A stretch of DNA of 64,000 nucleotides, from NCBI GenBank assembly GCA_963745835.1, contig CAVUZH010000018.1:160001-224000 (forward strand), read 5' to 3'. The notes below the pieces were generated by a model that was not told where the DNA came from, searched no databases, and was given only the letters and a program-made list of their open reading frames with translations. Shown one piece after another: positions 10,238 to 19,899 of this stretch. The translations under genes and the position numbers were made by a program. Within the stretch, counting starts at the first letter, position 1. Each line of letters starts with the position of its first letter. This stretch comes from an uncultured delta proteobacterium. Lineage in GTDB: Bacteria > Desulfobacterota > Binatia > UBA9968.

Positions 10238-11011
10238 ATGCCCGGGAAAGAGAACCATCCGCAGCTTCGGGAAAAAGTCATTCTCGTCACCGGCGGGAGC
10301 CGTGGAATAGGCGCGGCGGCGGCGAAGCGGCTGGGCCAATCCGGCGCATGGGTGATCATCAATTATCATCAGAACCGGGAAGCCGCGGAAAAAGTTCTCG
10401 ATGAAATTCAGAGCGCGGGCGGCGAAGGCATGCTTTTTCAAGCTGACGTAACGCGCAAAGAACAAGTTGATCTTATGATCCAGGCCGCTCGGAAGAGGTA
10501 TCGGGCGATCGATGTCCTGGTGAACAACGCTTACTTTCCTTTTCAGGTCGCCCATCTGCACGAGTTGTCATGGGAAGATTTTCACCGCGCCATCGAACAT
10601 GAGCTTCTGGCTTTCTACAACTGCGTTCAGGCTTGCTTGCCGGATATGACTCAAAAGAAATCCGGTAAGATCATCGTGGTCAGCACGCGCCTGGCGCAAC
10701 AGCCGCTGCCCAGAATGGGCGCTTATTCGGCTGCGAAATCGGCGCTCGAATCGATGGCCAACACCATGGCGATAGAGTTGGGGCCGCTTGGAATCACCGT
10801 AAATGTCGTCACGCCGGCTTTTACACTGACCGATGCGTCCTTGATTATGCCCGAAGCGTTTAGAGAAAGAGTTCGGCAAACAAGGCCCTTGAAAAAACAT
10901 ATCTATCCCGAAGATGTGGCGGGGGCGATTGCTTTCCTGGCCGGCGATGAAGCGAATATGCTCACCGGCAGCCATATCCTGATTACCGGGGGCAGCCATC
11001 TTCAGCTCTGA
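10238..11011 (+). CDS. SDR family oxidoreductase (FabG-like)
   Basis: TGGSRGIG, VNNA, YSAAK. Confidence 0.92.
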   Translation: MPGKENHPQLREKVILVTGGSRGIGAAAAKRLGQSGAWVIINYHQNREAAEKVLDEIQSAGGEGMLFQADVTRKEQVDLMIQAARKRYRAIDVLVNNAYFPFQVAHLHELSWEDFHRAIEHELLAFYNCVQACLPDMTQKKSGKIIVVSTRLAQQPLPRMGAYSAAKSALESMANTMAIELGPLGITVNVVTPAFTLTDASLIMPEAFRERVRQTRPLKKHIYPEDVAGAIAFLAGDEANMLTGSHILITGGSHLQL

Positions 11012-11125
11012 GCCGCAATTTAGAAGTGTGCATTTGGAACAGGTACTTGCGTAGTCGCAACTCCTGCCCGCCGAATTCTCCCTCAACCTTGCGGTACCCT
11101 GATCACTAGTTTGGAAGTAAACAGA

Positions 11126-12610
11126 ATGCTCACTGTCGATGAGATCGTTGTCAGGCTTGGAGACATCGTCGGCCCGAGATTGGTCTCGACAAACCCGATC
11201 GACAAAATCAACTATCAGCACACGCTCGCTTATGGCGCCTACCGGGCATTGCCGGACGTGATTGTACGGATCGAATCGGACCCGCAAGGCAATCACCCGC
11301 TGGCGAAAATCCTCAGCTTTGCCAATGAGCATAAAATTCCCATCGTCGCCAAAGGCGGCGTGGGAATGGGAATCAGTTCACCCCTTAAGGGCGGCATTCT
11401 CCTCGATATGCTCGGCATGGACAAGATCCTCGAAGTGAACCCGACGATGCAGTACATCATCGCTGAAGGCGGTGCCAGCGTATATGCCATTCACCATGCA
11501 TTGCGGCAGCACGGCCTGATGCTTCCCAACTTTGGCACTTACGGCCCCGCAGTCGTAATCGGCGCGATGATCAATAAAGGCGGTATCGGCTACGGTATGA
11601 CGCGTTATGGTTGGATCGCCGATATGGTTCTCGGTTTGGAAGTTATCCTGCCCAACGGCGAAACCATCCGGCTCGGAGCACTCGCGAATCAGGGAACCAG
11701 TTTTGGCCCATTTCAGAAATGGATTCATTTGCCGGATTTGCTCGGTCTCTTTACTCTGGCCGCGGGTTCTATGGGAATGATTAGCAAAGTATGTCTCCGC
11801 GCCATTGAGGGAAAGCGCGAGTGGTTGCATGACTACTGCTACACATTTCGCCGTGACCAGCTGCTGAACGTTCAAGAAGCGCTCATGGCGCTAGTCAAGG
11901 GTGAAGTCGTTTACGATATCCATTTTACTGACCGTTGGCAGTATCACTGGCCGATGGAAGAGGGGCTCTATCAGAAGGGCCGAATTCCGGATGATGCCTG
12001 GTTTTTTCTGAAAACGATTCTCTTAGCGCGCGATGAAGAGGAGTTAGCGTTCAAAGAAAAGAGAATGCGGCGTATCTATGAGAGCGCGGGCGGCATCGAC
12101 GTCCCGGAAATCGCTGAAAAAGCCATGGGCGCCAAGGCGCAAGAGCACGGACTGCACGGCTGGCCGGACTACCATGTCATGGGACCGGACGGTTGGTGCG
12201 GCGCGGTCGTGCGCCACAGCGGCATGTTTGCGGTGACATCCAAAATGTATCCGCTGACGTTCTTAAATGAGATGTACGATCTCGACGAGGCGGCAAAGAG
12301 GGAATGCGGTATATGGGACGCCGAACATTCGCCGCAGCACGATAGCTATGTTACGCGCGATTTGGCAATCAAAGAAGAATACTTTGTCTTCTATAATCCA
12401 TACGATGACGAAGATGTCGCCAAACTGCGAAAGTGGATGGCTTTGGTGCAAGAGTTCAGCAATCAGCGCGGAGTGGTTTGGACCGCGCCGACGCTGAGTA
12501 CCAAAGGGCCGTTGCCTTATGAAAGATTGACTAACTTATACGACCTCGTGAAAGAGATAAAACAAGTGGTAGATCCTAATAACATTTTGAACCCGGGCGC
12601 GCTTTATTGA
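11126..12610 (+). CDS. FAD-binding oxidoreductase, VAO/PCMH/GlcD family
   Basis: IPIVAKGG, GILLDM, VLGLEVILPNGE, GSMGMISK, C-terminal IKQVVDPNNILNPG. Confidence 0.88.
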   Translation: MLTVDEIVVRLGDIVGPRLVSTNPIDKINYQHTLAYGAYRALPDVIVRIESDPQGNHPLAKILSFANEHKIPIVAKGGVGMGISSPLKGGILLDMLGMDKILEVNPTMQYIIAEGGASVYAIHHALRQHGLMLPNFGTYGPAVVIGAMINKGGIGYGMTRYGWIADMVLGLEVILPNGETIRLGALANQGTSFGPFQKWIHLPDLLGLFTLAAGSMGMISKVCLRAIEGKREWLHDYCYTFRRDQLLNVQEALMALVKGEVVYDIHFTDRWQYHWPMEEGLYQKGRIPDDAWFFLKTILLARDEEELAFKEKRMRRIYESAGGIDVPEIAEKAMGAKAQEHGLHGWPDYHVMGPDGWCGAVVRHSGMFAVTSKMYPLTFLNEMYDLDEAAKRECGIWDAEHSPQHDSYVTRDLAIKEEYFVFYNPYDDEDVAKLRKWMALVQEFSNQRGVVWTAPTLSTKGPLPYERLTNLYDLVKEIKQVVDPNNILNPGALY

Positions 12611-12627
12611 TTTTAAAGGAGAACGAT

Positions 12628-13425
12628 ATGTCGGAACTGCGCATTAAAGACTATTCGGGAAGCCGATTGTCGCCGCAAGAAGCCGATGTCGTCATCGGGG
12701 ATCTAAAAAAATATTTGATGGAGCTGGCGGACCGGTGGCTGTTCAAGGGCCGGTTTCATACAGACATGGGCGCCGGCACCTTGCCGATGGAGGCGATTAA
12801 AGTATTTTGGCAAAACTGGTACGGCTTTGTCGCAGAGATCAATAATTTTCATGGTGTCGCGTACCAACGCCAGCTGCCTTTTTTCAAACGCCACCCGGAG
12901 CTACAAAAACATTTCGCCAATCACGTCGCCGATGAAATGATCCATCCGACGCCGCCGGGTCATATTCAAATCGTTCTTGAACAGGGAAGAAACTTCGGTC
13001 TGACCAATGATCAGATGATCGAATACGAGATGCTCGCCGAATGCCGCGCCTTTCTTGAATACTATCGAGGTGTGCTTTACGAGGGTACCATGGCCGAATG
13101 GTGGGCTTCTTTCTGCGTCGAAGAAGCGGTCGGACACTGGGCCAGGTTTTTCGGCGGCGCGTTGCGCAAGAACTACAACCTAGCCGAAGAAAAAATCGTC
13201 TACTTTCGCGTCCACGCTCAAGCCGATCTGGAGGAACACCAGGGCGTCATGGCGCATGCCGAGCTCGATTGGACCGTCTTAAGAAAGCTGCTCGAGGAGG
13301 GACGCGCCGAGACTCGGCCCGGATTCAACCTGGCTTATTGTCTGCGTATGGGCACCGCTTACTTCGCCTGGTTTTTTGAAGGCGTTTACCAGCACATTAA
13401 AAAGGAAGGGCTGTACAAAACCTGA
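12628..13425 (+). CDS. Heme-oxygenase-like (PqqC/CADD/TenA fold) putative diiron redox enzyme
   Basis: ADEMIHPTPPGH, CVEE, YFRVHAQADLEEH resemble the E/H diiron ligand pattern of CADD-like proteins; AAGGAG RBS before ATG 12628. Confidence 0.75.
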   Translation: MSELRIKDYSGSRLSPQEADVVIGDLKKYLMELADRWLFKGRFHTDMGAGTLPMEAIKVFWQNWYGFVAEINNFHGVAYQRQLPFFKRHPELQKHFANHVADEMIHPTPPGHIQIVLEQGRNFGLTNDQMIEYEMLAECRAFLEYYRGVLYEGTMAEWWASFCVEEAVGHWARFFGGALRKNYNLAEEKIVYFRVHAQADLEEHQGVMAHAELDWTVLRKLLEEGRAETRPGFNLAYCLRMGTAYFAWFFEGVYQHIKKEGLYKT

Positions 13426-13427
13426 TC

Positions 13428-14462
13428 ATGGCTGAATCCCCGCTAACGCAGCCCGATCTCTCACCCCGCATCTTGATGCGGGTACTGGGTGATTTTGCCA
13501 ATAGCCAAATTCTTGATGCGTCAATCGAGTACGATTTTTTTACCTTGATCGGCAAGGGTTTTCAGACGGCTGACCAAGTTGCTTCTCAGGCCGGTACTGA
13601 TCCGCGGGCGACGCGTATCGTGCTCGACAGCTTGCTGGCTCTGGCGTTGGTCGAAAAGCGTGATAGCCGTTATTACCTGACGCCGGTCAGCGAAACCTTT
13701 TTAATGCGCGGTAAGCCCTCTTACGTCGGCGATTTCCGGCATGTTGCGCTGGCTTTGTGGGACGGAATGGCTCATCTCAAAGAATCCCTTAAAACCGGAA
13801 AACCCTTCAGCCGCATGGACACCAGCGCCGCGCTTCAGGTATGGGAAAAACTAGTTCTCGGGATCATTGTTATCGCCGAACCCGCCGCCAAAGCCCTGTG
13901 CGATCTTCTTAAGATCGGCACGGAGTGGAAAGCCATCAACGTGCTCGATGTCGCCGGGGGCTCCAGTATCTTCGGCATGACGATTCTGTCCCGGGACCCC
14001 TCCGCCAAAGTCACGCAATTGGATTGGCCAAACGTCAATGCGGTCGCGCGCAAGCTCAACCAGGAGCGCGGGCTGGAAGGCAAGATTCGCTTCATCGATG
14101 GCGAGCACCACTCCGCAAGATTTGAAAGTAGCCAGTACGAGCTGGTTCTCGCCAGTAATTTCTGCCGGTTCGAATCGCCAAAGCGAAACCAGGAGCTGTT
14201 CGCCAAGGCTTACAGCGCGCTAAAACCGGGGGGATACTTCATTGTCAATGATTTCGTGCCCAATGAAGAGAGAACCGAACCGCCCTTTGCCTTACGATTT
14301 TCGGTTTACACTTTGACCCACACTCCCGAGGGGGAATGCTGGACGCTATCCCAGTATGTCGAATGGATGAAAGCGGCGGGCTTTGAAGCGATCGAGACGC
14401 ATGGCGATATCCCAGGAACTTTGCCTGGGACTACGCTGATTCTAGCGAGAAGGCAAGCATAA
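13428..14462 (+). CDS. SAM-dependent methyltransferase, O-methyltransferase (Methyltransf_2) family with dimerisation domain
   Basis: N-terminal wHTH-like dimerisation region, VLDVAGGS, ALKPGGYFIVND. Confidence 0.9.
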   Translation: MAESPLTQPDLSPRILMRVLGDFANSQILDASIEYDFFTLIGKGFQTADQVASQAGTDPRATRIVLDSLLALALVEKRDSRYYLTPVSETFLMRGKPSYVGDFRHVALALWDGMAHLKESLKTGKPFSRMDTSAALQVWEKLVLGIIVIAEPAAKALCDLLKIGTEWKAINVLDVAGGSSIFGMTILSRDPSAKVTQLDWPNVNAVARKLNQERGLEGKIRFIDGEHHSARFESSQYELVLASNFCRFESPKRNQELFAKAYSALKPGGYFIVNDFVPNEERTEPPFALRFSVYTLTHTPEGECWTLSQYVEWMKAAGFEAIETHGDIPGTLPGTTLILARRQA

Positions 14463-14676
14463 CTCGGCGTTCACCCGGACCGGCAAACGACGGTGCGCGA
14501 TGCGACGGTTTAGTGCTGTTGTCGGTTCGATCTCACGCTATAGGAGCTTCCTGTCCTGGAGCAAAGGCCTGGATTCGCTCAGGGCTAAGTGCTAGAGTTT
14601 CCGCCGTGTTAACGAGCGTCTATACGTTCAACCTCGCCGGCTGCAAGCTTCCTCGATAGCTCCCCTCGTCGGGATC

Positions 14677-16072
14677 ATGCAATATCTAGCCATCTGCGAG
14701 GACGATCTTCTGTTTCAGTTTATGCGCGACGTCGCAACTGAACACGGCGAGGTGCGCTTTTTGGTTCAAGACGAGGCCGTGGCGCGGCGGATCAAAGCGT
14801 ATGGGCGGCAAGGCTTGGCATGGCGATCTTCTTAGAGAGGAGACTTACAAGAAGGTCAAATTACATCATATCGACCAAGCGGTTATTTTTCTCCGTGAGC
14901 CTGAATCTCAGGATCGGCTGTGCAAGTTGCTGCGAACCATGGACAAGGCGCTGCCCGTGGTTTTGCTCACGAACGATAAAAACGGCAAGAAAGACGAGAA
15001 TGACCCGCTCGTTCGCCAGATTCAGCTGACCCATACCTTCCGAGAGTTTTGGGCCGCACACCTCCTAGACACGCTTAATCGGAAAAAGGTCGAAAATATC
15101 AGAGCGCTTTTCGGCGAAGAAAAATTACATATCCTCTTGCAGCACGATCCCGACCCGGACGCCATCGGCAGCGCTCTAGCGTTGCGCGAGCTCCTGGGGA
15201 GAAACCGCGCAACCACGCCGATTGTCACCTTTGGCGGCGTCACCCGACCTGAAAACATCGCCATGATCCGGTTGCTGGATATTCAGATCGATCGGATCAG
15301 CTATGATGACTTGCACAAAGACGGGGCCAAGCTTGCAATGGTTGACGTGCAACCGCCTTACTTCGACAAACCTCTGGGGAAGGTTGACTTGGTAGTCGAT
15401 CATCATCCTAAACGAGCCAACTTCAAAGCCCGTTTTACCGATCTACGAACGCCGTACGGGGCTACTTCCACAATTTTCACCGAGTACCTGCGCGCTGCCG
15501 GCATCGAGCCATCGCAGCGCCTTGCCACTGCGCTGCTCTACGGTATCAAGACCGATACGTTGTTCCTGGAAAGGGGCAGCAACCTTGCCGATCTCAGCGC
15601 TTTTACCTATCTCTATCCCTTTGCCAATAAGGCGATGATCTCGCGTATCGAGCGCCCGGCTTTGCCGCGGGAAGACCTCGAAGCGCTTGGCCGCGCGCTC
15701 AGCCGTTTGCGGCTCGACAACGGCGTGGCCGTGATCCACATGGGAGAGATTAACCGGGAGGATGTTATCCCGCAGATGGCCGAGTTTTGCCTGCAGATCG
15801 AAGGCGTCGAATGGGGCGTCGTCTCGGGTCTCGTCAATGATCGGGTAGTCATCTCCGTTCGCAATGTCGGCTATGTCAAAAGCGCCGGCGAAATCTTGAA
15901 AAGACTTTATGACGACATCGGCAGCGCTGGCGGCCACCGAGCCATGGCTAAGGCGGTTATCCCGCTTGACCGTTTCAAGGAACGATACGGCGAGGTCAGC
16001 GACCGGGTGATCCGCGACGCGATGTTGCCGATGATTGTCGAGCGCGAAGTTGAACAAATCGCGCATGGCTGA
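14677..16072 (+). CDS. DHH family phosphoesterase (NrnA-like) with N-terminal extension; one frameshift near 14795
   Basis: HDPDPDAIGS, VVDHHP, GIKTDT, SAGGH; upstream frame from ATG 14677 joins on removing one A in atcaaagcgt. Confidence 0.85.
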
Positions 16073-16493
16073 GCCTCCTTCCAGTTTCAGGGAAATCGAA
16101 CACACCGCCGACCTCGGCGTTGAAGTCACCGCCGCTACTTTTCCTGCGCTCCTCGCCGCTTCAGGAGAGGCCTTGTTTGCCTTGATCGCAGACCCTCGAG
16201 ATATTGCCCTCCGAGAAGAGATCATCGTCTCCGCAAGCGGCGACGAGCCGGAAGAGCTGCTTCACGCCTGGTTGTGCGAGTTACTTGCTCGTTTCAATAT
16301 CGAAAGTTTTGTCGGTAGGAAATGTGCGATCGATCAGATCACAGCCGATCGAGTGGATGGAACAATCTGCGGAGAGAAACTAGACCTGAACCGTCACCGA
16401 TTTCGTACCGAAATCAAAGGCGTGACCTACCATGAGTTCAGGGTTTGGCAGGAAGATGGGTTGTGGCATGCGCGGGTCATCTTCGATGTCTGA
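16065..16493 (+). CDS. Archease
   Basis: EIEHTADLG and EIKGVTYH...VIFDV signatures; start overlaps DHH stop. Confidence 0.95.
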   Translation: MAEPPSSFREIEHTADLGVEVTAATFPALLAASGEALFALIADPRDIALREEIIVSASGDEPEELLHAWLCELLARFNIESFVGRKCAIDQITADRVDGTICGEKLDLNRHRFRTEIKGVTYHEFRVWQEDGLWHARVIFDV

Positions 16494-16496
16494 CGG

Positions 16497-16610
16497 GCTG
16501 CTCACAAGACTCATAGGCTGTTGCGCTCAATCGCCTCAGGTCAACGTACTGAAACATACGTCTTCGGTCATCGATTTATCGCGCGCCTCACCCCTGAGTC
16601 TTTGAGCAGC
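16497..16610. repeat. Palindromic MITE/REP-like element, copy 1
   Basis: GCTGCTCACAAGACTCA...TGAGTCTTTGAGCAGC ends; internally similar to 32663-32792. Confidence 0.65.
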
Positions 16611-16637
16611 GGTCGTCAGATTCTCAGCAGTCGCCAG

Positions 16638-16811
16638 CTAGTGTCATGTCGCCTCAACTTCGCTGAAGAATTCTGTCCGTCGTTTGGCGTCACACGAGCG
16701 AGGGCCGCTATCCAGGCGTCTTTGAAGTTCCTAGATTCCGGGTCGCGTAGCTTCTCACACTTGCCCGGAATGACGTTGGGTTAGTCAGTGAATTTTGCGA
16801 CACGACAATAG
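16638..16811. mobile_element. Putative MITE with imperfect terminal inverted repeats, enclosing a GTCATTCCGGG...CCGGAATC-type palindrome
   Basis: CTAGTGTCATGTCGC...TTCGCTGA at left versus TCAGTGAA...GCGACACGACAATAG at right. Confidence 0.5.
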
Positions 16812-16843
16812 AGATGCAATGTTTTATTGTCTAAGCTGAACCT

Positions 16844-18295
16844 ATGGCGTCAGACCAAATCGAGCTAACTCGTATCGAGGATTATCTTTGGGAGATCCCG
16901 CGCCAAGGCGGCATGAGAGTGCCGGGCCGGATCTACGCCAATGAAAAGCTCATCACCAGCCTCAAAGAGGACAACAGCTTAAGACAGGTCATGAACGTGG
17001 CGCATCTCCCCGGGATCGTCGGTTACTCACTGGCGATGCCGGATATCCATTGGGGTTACGGTTTTCCGATCGGCGGAGTCGCCGCAGTCAGCGCCGAGGA
17101 CGGAGTGATCTCTCCGGGAGGTGTTGGCTACGATATCAACTGAGGCGTTCGCCTCGTCAGGACCAGTTTGGTCCTCGAAGATGTTAGAAATAGGCTTGAA
17201 CGAATCGTCGATAGTCTTTTCTCGCTGATTCCTGCCGGCGTCGGTTCTGAAGGCGCCATTGCCAAACTCTCCAGGCAAGATGAGAAGCGACTCCTGAATG
17301 ATGGCGAGGCCTGGGCTGTATCCCGAGGCTATGGCCGTCAAGAAGATCTCTCGGTCACCGAAGAAGGAGGAAGGCTATCGAACGCGGATGCGGATTTGCT
17401 AAGTGATCGCGCGTTAGAGCGCGGCTTGAAACAAGTCGGCACGCTCGGCTCGGGAAATCATTTTCTCGAAATAGGCCGAGTGGAAGAAATTTATTCCGCG
17501 CCAGCAGCGGCTGCGCTGGGAATCTCGCCTGATCAGCTGGTGCTCTTAATTCATACCGGCTCGCGTGGCTTGGGCTACCAAGTCTGCGAGGACTCTCTCA
17601 AGGTGATGAGTAAGGCGATGGTGAGGTACGGCATCTCCTTGCCGGATCGCCAGCTTGCGTGCGCGCCAATCGATTCGCCTGAAGGCCAACATTACCTAGC
17701 GTCTATGGCGGCCGCGGCAAACTATGCCTGGGTCAATCGACAGGTGATCATGGGCCAGGCTGAAAAGGCTTTCATGAAAGCCCTCGATGTGAGCCCGAAA
17801 GATCTGGGTTTCTCGCTCGTCTATGACGTTTGCCACAATATTGCCAAGTTTGAAGAACATGCCGTGAATGGTGCGAAACGTCGGCTCTGCGTGCATCGTA
17901 AAGGAGCGACACGTGCCTTTGCGCCGGGACATGCGCAAGTTCCCGCAGCTTACCGAGACATCGGCCAACCTGTGATCATTCCCGGAGACATGGGGCGGTA
18001 CTCCTATTTGTTGGTCGGCACCGAGACGGCCATGGAGAAAACGTTCGGTAGCACTTGTCATGGCGCTGGGCGGGTCATGAGCCGGTCGCAATCCAAGAAA
18101 CACAGCCATAATATAAATATCGACCAAGAGATGGCGCGCAGGGGAGTCGTCGCTCGCTATCAAGGCCGCGGCACCATGGCCGAGGAGATGCCGCACGCGT
18201 ACAAAGATGTTGCCGACGTCGTCGAGACGATGGATTCTGCCGGAGTCTCTAAACGGGTGGCGCGCTTCCGTCCTGTTGGAGTTATCAAAGGATAG
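16844..18295 (+). CDS. rtcB: RNA ligase RtcB, 483 aa with in-frame UGA at codon 100 (putative selenocysteine)
   Basis: ORFs 16844-17143 and 17168-18295 are in the same frame, separated only by TGA 17141-17143 in GYDIN*GVR; PDIH, GSGNHF, HTGSRG, CHN, HRKGAT, HGAGR and VIKG all intact. Confidence 0.93.
17154..17178 (+). promoter_or_regulatory. Putative bacterial SECIS element
   Basis: Stem AGGACCA/TGGTCCT (17159-65/17169-75) with GTT loop, UC bulge and TCG/CGA lower pairs; loop G lies 23 nt after the UGA. Confidence 0.7.
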
Positions 18296-18421
18296 AATTC
18301 TCCGATTATTATCTACAACTAGATCTCACTTCGAACTTTTCGCACCCGCAGAAATTCCCTTTGCTTGACAAGATCATCGGCCGGGCATAAGGGTTGAATC
18401 AAATTCACGGAGGAGGAAGTC

Positions 18422-18814
18422 ATGCCTAAGCTTCGCCATTTAGCAATTCGAACCGAAGATACTGGAAAGCTTGCCACGTTCTACATGGATGTTTTCGAAA
18501 TGCAGGTGCTACACAAAGATAAAAATGAGGGAGGCGCCATTTATCTCACCGACGGGTATTTCAATCTGGCGATTCTGCCCAATCACGAGCAACAATCGCC
18601 CAACGGCTTGTATCATTTCGGCTTTGAGGTCGAGAATGGAGAAAAGATTGTCGAGAGATTGCAGAAATTCAATCCAAACAAGCTGCCTAAGCAGCGTCCG
18701 AACGGGCGACCTTATGCCGAAACCCGCACCTCTGACATTGACGGAAATTACTTCGACATATCCGAACATGGATTCCTGACGGTTGAACCGGTCGGCGAAA
18801 AGAAGCCGAACTAA
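18422..18814 (+). CDS. VOC/glyoxalase family protein, copy 1
   Basis: LRHLAI, LTDGYFNLAIL, GLYHFGFEV, DIDGNYFDIS. Confidence 0.9.
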   Translation: MPKLRHLAIRTEDTGKLATFYMDVFEMQVLHKDKNEGGAIYLTDGYFNLAILPNHEQQSPNGLYHFGFEVENGEKIVERLQKFNPNKLPKQRPNGRPYAETRTSDIDGNYFDISEHGFLTVEPVGEKKPN

Positions 18815-18847
18815 GATCCGTTTGACGGAGACGGGGGCAGCATCTCG

Positions 18848-19855
18848 ATGGACGTCTACCATCGGAGATTTCTTTTTATCTTTGCCTTGGCAGTTAGCTT
18901 CCTGCCGGCCCAGTCCTCCGCCCAAATTAAATCCAATTTTTCTTCGAGCATCACCAGCGAAAGCATGGCCGCGGTCTGGATCGCTCGAGACCGTGGCCTG
19001 TTCAAGAAGTACGGACTGGATGTTCAATATATTCTAATGCCGCGTTCGCCGCTCGCTGTTTCCGCGCTGGTTGCAGGCGAGATCGACATGGCGGTGATCG
19101 GGCCGGGACATCTGGTAAACGCCGCCGCCGGCGGCACCGATGTGATTGGCATAGCCAATTTCGCGCAGAAACTCGATTATCGTCTCAACACGAGACCCGA
19201 GATCAAGAAAAAGGAAGAGCTTCGCGGTAAACGAATCGCTATCAGCGGCCCCGGCTCTACATCTCATTTGGTTTCGTTACTGGCGTTGCAGCACTTAGGG
19301 CTCGATCCCAATGCAGCCAAGATCGCTTTTTTTACGATTTCGGGCACTGAGATCAACCGCCGACTGGCACTTGAAAGCGGTAGTATCGACGCGACGGCGC
19401 TGAACGGCTCGGTGGGCGACCTCTACGGTCAGAAGGGCTACCCGGTGCTGTTCAATTTCAAAGGCTCGGGGGTGACGATGCCGCAAACCATGCTCGTCAC
19501 CACACGCCGATTGGCATTGACTAAACCCCAGGTCGTCGACGCATACGCCAAGACCATCGTCGAAGCGATCGCGGTGATGTTCGATCCCGCCAACAAAGAA
19601 AGCGTCACACGCACCATCGCTTCCAACTTGCGCCTATCCAATGCAAGTGACGGCGAGGAAGCTTATCAGTCAGTTATTAATTCTTATGAACGCGTGCCCT
19701 ATCCCTCACCGGAAGGAATGCACCGATTGCACGGATTGCTCACCACCATCAATCCGAAGCTGGCCGGTGTGAAGATCGACACGGTGGTGGATGACTCGTT
19801 CATCAGCAAACTCGACAGCTCAGGTTTCGTCCAAAGCGTCTCCAAGAAGCGTTAA
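18848..19855 (+). CDS. ABC substrate-binding protein, NMT1/SsuA-like
   Basis: Signal peptide, GLFKKYGLDV, ELRGKRIAISGPGS. Confidence 0.88.
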   Translation: MDVYHRRFLFIFALAVSFLPAQSSAQIKSNFSSSITSESMAAVWIARDRGLFKKYGLDVQYILMPRSPLAVSALVAGEIDMAVIGPGHLVNAAAGGTDVIGIANFAQKLDYRLNTRPEIKKKEELRGKRIAISGPGSTSHLVSLLALQHLGLDPNAAKIAFFTISGTEINRRLALESGSIDATALNGSVGDLYGQKGYPVLFNFKGSGVTMPQTMLVTTRRLALTKPQVVDAYAKTIVEAIAVMFDPANKESVTRTIASNLRLSNASDGEEAYQSVINSYERVPYPSPEGMHRLHGLLTTINPKLAGVKIDTVVDDSFISKLDSSGFVQSVSKKR

Positions 19856-19899
19856 CTGAATTTATCAAAGCCAACTCGTCATCCGTTACAAACGTTCCT

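Noticed and set aside
14457-14545. attC-like site after the methyltransferase (GCATAAC...imperfect hairpin)
   Set aside because: The right end lacks a GTTRRRY box, it is a single copy, and no integron integrase is visible.
16521-16784. ORF or Y-RNA/tRNA-like gene between archease and rtcB
   Set aside because: The region is explained by two palindromic repeat elements; no T-loop or cloverleaf is recognisable.
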